From Candidatus Micrarchaeia archaeon (GTDB lineage: Archaea > Micrarchaeota > Micrarchaeia > Anstonellales > J096): a stretch of 60,221 nt of DNA. How positions within the stretch are numbered: the stretch's first letter is position 1; each line of letters opens with the position of its first letter. The notes under the pieces were generated by a model. It was given only the letters and a program-made list of their open reading frames with translations, was not told the DNA's origin and ran no database searches. Below are positions 8,960 to 17,136 of this stretch, in pieces. Location: the NCBI GenBank assembly GCA_041500865.1, contig JBGQMY010000005.1, positions 1-60,221 of the forward strand, read 5' to 3'. The translations under genes were made by a program, and so were the position numbers.

Positions 8960-9363
8960 TGGAAGAAGGGGAGCGGCAGCTTGACATAGAGGAACGGGCA
9001 AGGATGCTTGACGCAAGGCTCCGGAGTTTGAGGGAGAACACGGAAAGGATGGCGCAGCTCATCATGGAGTTCGAGGCCGCAAAGGCCGGCATAGGCGAAA
9101 TCAAGGGCGGAAACAAGGACGCCATAATCAATGCAGGCGGCGGCATACTCATAAAGGCGAGGCTTGAGACTGAGCGCGTCGTTGCCCCGATGGGCGCAGG
9201 CTTCTATGCATCGGTCACGCCCGAAGATGCGCTGGACAAGATAGGGAAGCTCATAGAGTCCGCAAGGAAGAACCAGGAAGCCGTGAACGGGGAAGTGAAG
9301 GTAATAGAGAAGGAGCTTGTGGGCCTGCTTAGGGAAGCCCGGGGCCCGCACCAGCATGCTTGA
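8956..9363 (+). CDS. pfdA: Prefoldin subunit alpha
   Basis: Coiled coil-hairpins-coiled coil with GGG and PMGAGFYA; operon position. Confidence 0.88.
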   Translation: MMEEGERQLDIEERARMLDARLRSLRENTERMAQLIMEFEAAKAGIGEIKGGNKDAIINAGGGILIKARLETERVVAPMGAGFYASVTPEDALDKIGKLIESARKNQEAVNGEVKVIEKELVGLLREARGPHQHA

Positions 9364-10549
9364 TTTTCTCAGGGAAAAGATAAACTCCGTTGCCTCGATA
9401 TTCTCAAAAAAGGCAGAGGAAAAGCTGCCTGAAAAGGAAACGGCAAAGGCTCCTATTGAGGAAATGCCAACTCTTCCTGTCCAGGCGCAGCCAGAAAAGG
9501 AAACTGCGGCAATGCAAAAACATGAGACACCAAAGCCTTATGTTCCTGAAGAGCAGCCAAAAGGCTCAATGCCAAAATCCGTTGTTGCTGCAGAGCTGCA
9601 AGGGAAGGAAATGCCTGAAATCCATGAGGCTGCAAAAGCGAATGACGCAAAACAGAGGATGGCGCCTGGCCTCGGCATTGTCGATGCGCTGAAAGGGAGG
9701 ATTACGGGCAAGGTCACGCTTGATTCAAAATACGTGGACGAGGCCATGGAAGGCCTGGAGATGTCCATGCTGGAGGCGGACGTGGCATTTGAGGTAGCAG
9801 AGCAGATAAAGGAAAGGTTCCGCAATGACTTGAAGGGCAAGGAGGTCCCGATGTCCTCCATTGAGACATTCATAAAGGACAGCATAAAGGACTCCTTGGG
9901 CAGCATGATGCTTGACCCGCCGGATTTGGCGGAAACGGTCAAGGCTGCCGGGAAAAAGCCGTACGTCATATTGCTTTTCGGGCTCAACGGCAGCGGGAAG
10001 ACGACCACGCTGGCCAAGCTCGCGTTCATGCTGAAGAAAAACGGTTTAAGCGTCATTGCAGTCGCAGCCGACACGTTCCGCGCGGCGTCAATAGAGCAGC
10101 TCATGCACCACGGCGAAAAAGTGGGTTTTGAGGTCGTGAAGTCCGGGTACGGGGCAGACCCGACCGCAGTGACGTTTGACGGCGTGAAGCACGCGCAGGC
10201 AAAGGGCATTGACGTCGTTTTGGTTGACACGGCAGGCAGGCAGAACGTCAACAAAAACCTGATGAAGGAGCTGCAGAAGATGTCAAGGGTTATAAAGCCG
10301 GACCTGAGCCTGTTCATCGGCGAATCCATAAGCGGCAATGCGCTGTACGATGCGGTAAGGGAATACAGCGAGGCAGTCAGCATCCAGGGCGTCATACTGA
10401 CCAAGCTTGACTTGGATGCAAAGGGCGGCTCCGTAATATCCGTTTCAAAGGCGCTGGGCGTCCCCATCTATTACCTGGCATACGGCCAGCGCTATGACGA
10501 GATGGAAAAATTCAGCAAGGAGAAGATACTCAGGAGGCTGTTCGGATAA
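9356..10549 (+). CDS. ftsY: SRP receptor FtsY
   Basis: GLNGSGKTTT, DTFRAA, DTAGR, TKLD, AKGG; acidic N-terminal region. Confidence 0.97.
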   Translation: MLDFLREKINSVASIFSKKAEEKLPEKETAKAPIEEMPTLPVQAQPEKETAAMQKHETPKPYVPEEQPKGSMPKSVVAAELQGKEMPEIHEAAKANDAKQRMAPGLGIVDALKGRITGKVTLDSKYVDEAMEGLEMSMLEADVAFEVAEQIKERFRNDLKGKEVPMSSIETFIKDSIKDSLGSMMLDPPDLAETVKAAGKKPYVILLFGLNGSGKTTTLAKLAFMLKKNGLSVIAVAADTFRAASIEQLMHHGEKVGFEVVKSGYGADPTAVTFDGVKHAQAKGIDVVLVDTAGRQNVNKNLMKELQKMSRVIKPDLSLFIGESISGNALYDAVREYSEAVSIQGVILTKLDLDAKGGSVISVSKALGVPIYYLAYGQRYDEMEKFSKEKILRRLFG

Positions 10550-10932
10550 TGTACAAGATAATAGTTGACACGAGCTTCATCATCTCGGCAGCCAAATACA
10601 AGGTGGACATCCGCATGGGCCTGATACCGATAATAGACGGGCCGTTTGAGGTTATTGTGCCGTCTCCGGTCATTTCCGAACTAAGCTATATATCAAAAAA
10701 CAAGGGAAAGCGGGGCAGGGACGCGTCAATAGGCCTGCAGATGCTTGAACAATTAAACCCAAAGGTTGAGCGGACTGAAAAAAAGTATGCTGACGAGGCA
10801 TTGGTTGAGGTTGCTGAAAAGATTGGCGATGCGTTCATAGCGACCAATGACGTGAAGCTGAAAAACTCGCTGAAAGCGAAAGGAAGGCGGGTGTTCTCAA
10901 TAAAGGGCGCGTCATTCATAGGCCTAGCTTGA
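10549..10932 (+). CDS. PIN-domain protein (Fcf1/Utp24-like)
   Basis: IIVDTSF...VISEL...ADEAL...IATND. Confidence 0.85.
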   Translation: MYKIIVDTSFIISAAKYKVDIRMGLIPIIDGPFEVIVPSPVISELSYISKNKGKRGRDASIGLQMLEQLNPKVERTEKKYADEALVEVAEKIGDAFIATNDVKLKNSLKAKGRRVFSIKGASFIGLA

Positions 10933-11626
10933 AAATTCTCCTTATTTCATCTATTGACAGTTCCCTTGGCCTTTTGTTTGCAAACTCCGTCTCATCAATG
11001 GACTTTCCCAAGCTATTCCTGATTTTTTTGTTCTTCAAGGAAAACATCCTCCTTATCATGCCGTCCTGCGCCTTTGTAGGCACAAATCCGGTCTTTTCAA
11101 TCTCAACGACTGCTGAATCCACCTTCGGGACTGGGAAAAAACAGTTCCTGGAAACCGTTTTAATTAGTTTCACGTTGAAGCTGAGCTGGGACGTCACTGA
11201 AAGCCTGCCGTAGTTTGATGCGCCTGGCTTGGCTGCCATCTTCTCGGCAAACTCCTTCTGGAACATGAGCACTGCGGACTTGAATCCCCAGTCCCTTACC
11301 CTGAACAGTATGTCCGACGAAATGCCATACGGCACGTTGCCGAATATCCTGTCTATTGGAAAAGGCGCAAGCTTCAGGAAATCCCCATGCAGCAGCTTGA
11401 TATTAAGCAGGCCTGAAAAGCGCTCTGAAAGCCGTTCAAAGGCCCCATCCTCAAGCTCAACGACATAAAGCATTTTCGGGTTTCTGGCAAGCAGGCGTGA
11501 GGTAAGCCTTCCTGTGCCGCCGCCTATCTCCAGCGCGGTTTCGCCTGGCTGGAGCCGTTTGGCTATGAATGAAAGCGCGGCCTGGTCCTGCAAAAAGTTC
11601 TGGCTGAAGGACTTTTTGGGCCTCAT
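10916..11626 (-). CDS. rsmA: 16S rRNA dimethyladenosine transferase KsgA/Dim1
   Basis: SQNFL, LEIGGGTG, GNVPYGIS, MFQKEFA, YGRLSV, PVPKVDS. Confidence 0.96.
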   Translation of the reverse strand: MRPKKSFSQNFLQDQAALSFIAKRLQPGETALEIGGGTGRLTSRLLARNPKMLYVVELEDGAFERLSERFSGLLNIKLLHGDFLKLAPFPIDRIFGNVPYGISSDILFRVRDWGFKSAVLMFQKEFAEKMAAKPGASNYGRLSVTSQLSFNVKLIKTVSRNCFFPVPKVDSAVVEIEKTGFVPTKAQDGMIRRMFSLKNKKIRNSLGKSIDETEFANKRPRELSIDEIRRIFKLGL

Positions 11627-11847
11627 CTGCGCTTCCTCATCATGGAAAGGGCCTCAATCAGCCCATAGGCATAGTCGCTGGCGCCGAAGGAGGAGAAATA
11701 GTCCCCCTTGCCATAAAAGTATTGGGCATCCGAGGCGTAATGCAGCGCCTTTTCATAAACCTCTTTTTCTCCGGGCTCCGGCAAAAAGGAGTCTGCCAGC
11801 TTCCTTGTCTTGTCAATGCTGGCCCTGGCCCGTCCCTGCTGGTCCAT
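11623..11847 (-). CDS. DUF357 family protein
   Basis: YASDAQYFYGKGD...DYAYGLIEA. Confidence 0.8.
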   Translation of the reverse strand: MDQQGRARASIDKTRKLADSFLPEPGEKEVYEKALHYASDAQYFYGKGDYFSSFGASDYAYGLIEALSMMRKRR

Positions 11848-11940
11848 GATTTTGAGTATTCGGTAATGTTTTTTAAAGGGTTGGCATGAAGATCCGATTT
11901 ATGATAAGCCGGTGATTCGCCGCATATCGGCTTTGCCTAT

Positions 11941-12783
11941 TCAGGACTTGGAGTTCTGAAGGCAGTCATCTTTTATGCTTGAACTGCTGATTTCATTGCA
12001 GACTGTGGAGTTGCCAAAATCAATGGCAAAGTAATAATAGCACTGATCCCGTTCGTCCGAACTGTTAATCATATTACATGTGCTGGGATTCCGGCAAAGC
12101 CTGCTGCTATCAGAGTAGCATTTATCTTTGAATTGGTCAGATACAACCGCGCAAAACTCAGGCCGGCACACAGTTGTGGTGACATTCATCATTGGGGCAT
12201 CATCCAGTACGCATAGGGTATATATATCATTGTTTCCGCTTTCGTTGCAAACCGACAAATCGTTCGTTACTGAATTTAAATAAGCGGCGGCAATCCCAGT
12301 GTAACATGTATAGTTCCGGTGATTGTCATTTGGCAGCTGATTGCAGAGCGTGATGTTCTTGGTCTTCACTGCCACCTCCCAAAGGCACTCTATTTTGGAA
12401 TCAGCCATCTGATCACATACCGTGGTGTCATTGTTATTCAGTGCCACCTCAAAAATGCACTGTACTTGTGAAGTGTAATATGGTCCGCTTCTGCCGAAAC
12501 CCTCGATTGCTCCGGTAACTGAATCACACACAGATGGATCATCGGTCGCGCTGGCATAATCGTAATAACAGAAATCCCTGGCGCAATCTACGACAGAAGG
12601 GCCGTAGGAACACTCGCTTCTGGCAGCAGGATAAGTCTTGTTTACATTTGTATCATTTATCGCCCCGCACTTAGCCTGTGCTGCCAATTGATTGGTCTCC
12701 GTTGCCGACTGATTAACCGGGCTCATGCACCCAAAGAACAGAATCATTAATAAAATGCATATCCACGCTCTCATATCAAGCAT
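11941..12783 (-). CDS. Cys-rich repeat lipoprotein-like exported protein
   Basis: ILFFGC lipobox-like signal; repeats C..I....RD.CY...A....C; more AT-rich than neighbours. Confidence 0.75.
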   Translation of the reverse strand: MLDMRAWICILLMILFFGCMSPVNQSATETNQLAAQAKCGAINDTNVNKTYPAARSECSYGPSVVDCARDFCYYDYASATDDPSVCDSVTGAIEGFGRSGPYYTSQVQCIFEVALNNNDTTVCDQMADSKIECLWEVAVKTKNITLCNQLPNDNHRNYTCYTGIAAAYLNSVTNDLSVCNESGNNDIYTLCVLDDAPMMNVTTTVCRPEFCAVVSDQFKDKCYSDSSRLCRNPSTCNMINSSDERDQCYYYFAIDFGNSTVCNEISSSSIKDDCLQNSKS

Positions 12784-12839
12784 CTCATGGTGTACTGCTA
12801 ATTATAATGTTTTTTAAAGTGTTGGCACAAAACGCAACC

Positions 12840-13982
12840 ATGAAGGTAACGCCATGGGACGTTGAGGGCAAGATAGACTACGACAAGCTCATAAAGGAGT
12901 TCGGGACGTCCGCGCTGGATGAAAAGCTTAGATCAAGGCTGGAAAAGGCGGCTGGCGCGAGGCTTCCGGCTTTCATAAGAAGGGGCTATTTCTTCTCACA
13001 CCGCGACCTTGACAAGGTCCTTGACGATTTCGAGAAGGGGAAGGGGTTCTTCGTCTACACCGGAAGGGGGCCGTCAAACAAGATGCACATAGGCCACCTT
13101 CCGTCCTTCATGCTCGCGAAATGGCTGCAGGACAGGTTCAAGGCAAACGTCTACATCGAGATTACGGACGACGAAAAGTTCCTTCACAACAGGGAGCTTT
13201 CGCTGAAGCAGGTAGACGGCTACGCGGAGGACAACATCATGGACATAGCCGCGCTGGGATTCGACCCGGACATGACGTTCGTTTTCAAGGACAGCGAATA
13301 CGTGAAGAACGCATACCCTATGATGCTGAAGGTCGCGAGAAAAACGACGTTCTCGACCGCAAAGGCAGTATTCGGGTTCACGAACGAGACCAACGTCGGG
13401 ATGATATTCTATCCGTCCTACCAGGTCGTCCCCACGTTCTTCGAGAAAAAGAGATGCCTGATACCGAACGCAATCGACCAGGACCCGTACTGGAGGATAC
13501 AGAGGGACATGGCCGAATCGCTCGGATATGAAAGGGCGGCCTCAATCCACAGCAAGTTCCTTCCGCCGCTTACGGGCGTGGAGGGCAAGATGAGCGCGTC
13601 AAAGTCGGAGACGGCGATATGGCTGGACGACGATGAAAAAACGGTGAAAAACAAGGTGATGAAATACGCCTTTTCCGGGGGCCGCGCGACGGTGGAAGAG
13701 CACAGGAAGCTGGGCGGCAACCCGGACGTGGACGTGAGCTTCCAGTGGCTCTACCTGCTTTTTGAGGAGGACGACAGGGAGATTGCCCGGATAGAAAAAG
13801 AGTACAGGGCAGGCAACATGCTTACTGGAGAACTAAAGGAAATACTGATAAGCCGGCTCAACGACTTCCTGAAGGCGCACGGGGAAAGGAAGGCGAATGC
13901 GGCCGAGGCAAAAGAAAAGATGATGCGCTCTGGAAAGCTGGCCTCGCGGATGTGGGGCACGGTTTTCGGCAAGGAGGATTGA
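12840..13982 (+). CDS. trpS: Tryptophan--tRNA ligase (archaeal type)
   Basis: VTPWDV, YTGRGPS..MHIGH, AIDQDPY, KMSAS, KYAFSGG. Confidence 0.98.
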   Translation: MKVTPWDVEGKIDYDKLIKEFGTSALDEKLRSRLEKAAGARLPAFIRRGYFFSHRDLDKVLDDFEKGKGFFVYTGRGPSNKMHIGHLPSFMLAKWLQDRFKANVYIEITDDEKFLHNRELSLKQVDGYAEDNIMDIAALGFDPDMTFVFKDSEYVKNAYPMMLKVARKTTFSTAKAVFGFTNETNVGMIFYPSYQVVPTFFEKKRCLIPNAIDQDPYWRIQRDMAESLGYERAASIHSKFLPPLTGVEGKMSASKSETAIWLDDDEKTVKNKVMKYAFSGGRATVEEHRKLGGNPDVDVSFQWLYLLFEEDDREIARIEKEYRAGNMLTGELKEILISRLNDFLKAHGERKANAAEAKEKMMRSGKLASRMWGTVFGKED

Positions 13983-13983
13983 C

Positions 13984-14529
13984 ATGATAATAATGGTAAC
14001 AGGCTCAGTAGGCACGGGAAAGACCACTGTGGCAGAGGCGCTGTCAAGAAGGCTGGGCTTCCCGCTTATCCGGCTTTCAGACGCCCTTGGCAAGATACCG
14101 TCCAAGTACAACAAAAAGCTGAAAACAAGGGAAGTGGACGTAACGGAGCTGGAAAAATGGCTGTCAAAAGAGACGGAAGGCATGCGGGACTTCATTGTTG
14201 AGGGGCACATGGCCTGCGAGCTTGAGCTGGACGCGGATTACGTCTTTGTGCTAAGGACGCACCCTGACGAGCTTGGGAAAAGGCTGAGGGAAAGGAAATA
14301 CCTGAAAGCCAAGGTTGACGAGAATGTTATGGCAGAGGCGCTTGACTATTGCCTTCTGAAGGTTGAAAAGAAGAAAAACGTTTTTGAGATAGACACCACG
14401 GGAAGGGCCGCTATCAGGAGCGCGGAGGAGGCGGTGCGGATAATGGAAGGCAGGAAGAGGCTGTTCCGCAAGGTCAGCTGGTCGTCCTGGCTGCATGCCG
14501 CGACTTCCCCCAGGCCGAAACGGAAATGA
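13984..14529 (+). CDS. Adenylate kinase/ATPase, AK6/Fap7 family
   Basis: TGSVGTGKTT, IVEGH, KVDENVMAE. Confidence 0.88.
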   Translation: MIIMVTGSVGTGKTTVAEALSRRLGFPLIRLSDALGKIPSKYNKKLKTREVDVTELEKWLSKETEGMRDFIVEGHMACELELDADYVFVLRTHPDELGKRLRERKYLKAKVDENVMAEALDYCLLKVEKKKNVFEIDTTGRAAIRSAEEAVRIMEGRKRLFRKVSWSSWLHAATSPRPKRK

Positions 14530-15144
14530 TTACCTGAACTTTTTTGGCGGCGGAACATCAAGTTTGTATACTTTGTGGAATTCCTCAAGCCTGCGGATAA
14601 AATGCTCAACCAGTTCTTCAGATAATTTTTGTGATTTCAGTTCACGGCTTATTGTGTCCCAATCGACGCTGGGATATATTATTTCCATGTCGGACAAATC
14701 CCTTTTCCTGCCTTCGCTTGCCAGGCCCTTGAACAGGAATATGTCATCCTTTGATATTAGATAGACTTCAAGCTTCCCGTATTTCCTGAAAAGCTCCGCT
14801 CTTGCAATCATGGATTTTGAAAGCTCAAGCTTTTCCATCACTTTTTCAACGAAAAGGTCCAGATGCAGACCGTCTTTGTTCTCATACATCGCGCTCGCGG
14901 CAAGGCCCCGGTGCTCGTCCTTTACGACATATGGCGAATGGTACTCCGCGCCAAAAAGCGCATTGCAAAAGATATCGTATGTCTTTTTGTCCTGGAACAG
15001 GATGTCTATGTCCTTTGTTGACTCTTTGAGCCCCCTTAACGACATCGCACAGCCGCCTATGAGATATATGCTTATCGGCTCGCTTACTCTTTTTCCGATT
15101 TTTTCCAGTTCCGAGGTTATGTATGCCTTGTCAAATTGGTTCAT
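14530..15144 (-). CDS. Nucleotidyltransferase (DUF6036/AbiEii-like)
   Basis: IYLIGGCAM...TKDIDI...LDLF...LFKG..GRKRDLSD. Confidence 0.8.
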   Translation of the reverse strand: MNQFDKAYITSELEKIGKRVSEPISIYLIGGCAMSLRGLKESTKDIDILFQDKKTYDIFCNALFGAEYHSPYVVKDEHRGLAASAMYENKDGLHLDLFVEKVMEKLELSKSMIARAELFRKYGKLEVYLISKDDIFLFKGLASEGRKRDLSDMEIIYPSVDWDTISRELKSQKLSEELVEHFIRRLEEFHKVYKLDVPPPKKFR

Positions 15145-16076
15145 GCCAGCACCTCTTCAACGTCTTTCCATGACGGAAACCCGTCTTCTGCGCGGCTTCC
15201 CTTGGAATTCACAAAATCAACAAGGTTCTCCAAGAATTTTTGGGTAACGTCAAATTTGTACCGGGCTTTCAACAGAAGATTAAAATCAAACTTGTTTTTT
15301 GACATCAGGGCTGCAGCATAGGCGACTGATCTGTAATCGCGCCCAAACGCCAGCATATGGATCACCACGTCCTGAATGTCTGGCTTGAATGAGCAAAAAT
15401 AGAGCCTTTCGGCGGAAACCAGCTTTATGCCATAATCCGCCAAGACCGAATATGCCGTTGGCCAGTATTTTCCAGAAAGGCTTTTGCCGCTTGCCATTAC
15501 AACTAATTCCGGTTTTTTTATCGACTCAAAGGAAACCCTGAACTGCAGGATGGATTTAGCGTCAAATCCGGAGTTTAAAATCGCTAATTGAGAAAGGAAG
15601 TTGCTGCAGAACCATGCGATTCTCGAGGCTTCGCCCCTTAATGAATATGTGCCCTTTGAGGAAGAATAGATAATGCCCAACCTGACCATTTTGGATATCA
15701 TTCTATTTGCCGAGGCAGGTGGAATATCCAGATCAGAAACCGACGCAGAACGCTTGGTCCGCATAAAAGCAAGGAAGAAAGGGGATGCGCCCGTAAGAAT
15801 GTCTTCCATTTTGAGATGCGTCAAATCCCGTTTGGAGTTCGTGAATTCGGTCAAGAGCATTGAATGGACTGAAAACGCGTTCCTTTTTCCTGCCCTTGAA
15901 ATGGAGATGAGCTTGACGCCCGCGAGTTCCCTAAGATAAATGCTCAAGTTGCTTTTTTGCATATTGAGCTTTTTGCATATCTCTGCGCTGGTTATGCTGC
16001 CATTGTGCTGCAAAAGGATCTCAAAAACCCTTACTTCAGACCTATTTAACCATTTCACAATCAAATAATATAACAT
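15141..16076 (-). CDS. Double winged-HTH protein, putative AbiEi-like partner of the nucleotidyltransferase
   Basis: N-terminal wHTH (ITSAEICKKLNMQKSNLSIYLREL) plus a second HTH; stop overlaps the NTase start (ATGA). Confidence 0.7.
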   Translation of the reverse strand: MLYYLIVKWLNRSEVRVFEILLQHNGSITSAEICKKLNMQKSNLSIYLRELAGVKLISISRAGKRNAFSVHSMLLTEFTNSKRDLTHLKMEDILTGASPFFLAFMRTKRSASVSDLDIPPASANRMISKMVRLGIIYSSSKGTYSLRGEASRIAWFCSNFLSQLAILNSGFDAKSILQFRVSFESIKKPELVVMASGKSLSGKYWPTAYSVLADYGIKLVSAERLYFCSFKPDIQDVVIHMLAFGRDYRSVAYAAALMSKNKFDFNLLLKARYKFDVTQKFLENLVDFVNSKGSRAEDGFPSWKDVEEVLA

Positions 16077-16126
16077 ATATATTAAAAAGTTATGCTTTTT
16101 GATTGATATCCTGTAGCGCCTGTGTC

Positions 16127-16168
16127 AACAACCAACGTAATATATAATACTATATTACGTTGGTTGTT
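16127..16168. repeat. Perfect 18-bp inverted repeat with 6-nt spacer
   Basis: aacaaccaacgtaatata-taatac-tatattacgttggttgtt. Confidence 0.9.
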
Positions 16169-16292
16169 ATATAAGGCATAAATAAGGCATAATTTTCTTA
16201 ACGCCAAAAAATATAACTTATATATAAACAAGTTATTAATTTTGATTGGATTTTTTCGGATATTTGTTAATTTTTCGTCTGAGTTGGACAAC

Positions 16293-16333
16293 TAGCGGAG
16301 TAATATAATATTAACTATTGTATTACTCCACTA
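16293..16333. repeat. Near-perfect 18-bp inverted repeat with 5-nt spacer
   Basis: tagcggagtaatataata-ttaac-tattgtattactccacta; 16/18 Watson-Crick. Confidence 0.8.
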
Positions 16334-16352
16334 ATCATCCGCATATTTTTGC

Positions 16353-16928
16353 TCATCTATTCTCCTTCCCCCAGGCAACAATCAAGGCGTGGTACTCGTT
16401 GAAGAGCTTGGCGTCAAGGCCAAGCGATTCCTCAAACCGGAGCCTGTAATCGTCGTATTCCCCCTTTTCCAGTACGCCGTATTCTGCGCAGAACCGCCTT
16501 GTGTATGCGTCAATCACGAAAATGGGCTTGCTGAAGGCATAGAGCGCTATTGAGTCGGCCGTTTCCTTCCCTATGCCATTGATGGCAAGCAGCTGCCCCC
16601 TCATCTCCATCCTGTCCATGGACTTTGCCTTTTTGGCATTGGAAACAAGCCATGACATGGCCGATTTTAGGCGCAGGGCCTTCTGGTTGTAGAAGCCGCT
16701 TGGCCTGATAAGCCCCTTTAGCCTGTTTTCTTCCATGCTTAATATTATATTGGGCTCAAGCGCATCCTCCGCCTTGAGGTTTGCTATCGCTTTCTCAACG
16801 TTCGGCCAGGCAGTGTTCTGGGTAAGCACCGCCCCAATGACAATCTCGCATTTGTTATCGGAATGCCACCAGCCCTGCGGCCCGTATTCGTTATAAAGGC
16901 TCCTGTACATCCTTTTGATGATGTCCAT
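16353..16928 (-). CDS. HhH-GPD DNA glycosylase (endonuclease III-related, no FeS motif)
   Basis: YGPQGWW, GAVLTQNTAW, IRPSGFYNQKA, GIGKETADSI, VIDAYTRR, EYHALIV. Confidence 0.92.
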   Translation of the reverse strand: MDIIKRMYRSLYNEYGPQGWWHSDNKCEIVIGAVLTQNTAWPNVEKAIANLKAEDALEPNIILSMEENRLKGLIRPSGFYNQKALRLKSAMSWLVSNAKKAKSMDRMEMRGQLLAINGIGKETADSIALYAFSKPIFVIDAYTRRFCAEYGVLEKGEYDDYRLRFEESLGLDAKLFNEYHALIVAWGKENR

Positions 16929-17136
16929 GATAATGGGTAAGGATGCGCACGTTATATATCCTTGCCTGGTTGGTATAGAGAACATCGCTTATTCACGAAG
17001 GTTAGGTTCGCTTTCCCTCAAACCCCCTACAATAATTTATAAACTTTATTTTATAGACAATCAAAAGATTTAAAAAGCTGCCCTCGGAGAGCACGTTAGT
17101 CCCCCTAAGACGGGGATACAAACTAGAGGTGAAAAA

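Noticed and set aside
16077-16350. AT-rich region as replication origin or dif site, and the 69-aa ORF 16082-16291
   Set aside because: No ORB-like G-string boxes or adjacent cdc6; the palindrome lacks the inner ATAA-N6-TTAT dif pattern; the ORF is low-complexity and overlaps the promoter region.
17070-17136. Hairpins in the S-layer 5' leader as a riboswitch or ncRNA
   Set aside because: Only two short stems; structured leaders are ordinary for S-layer mRNAs and no known RNA family is recognisable.
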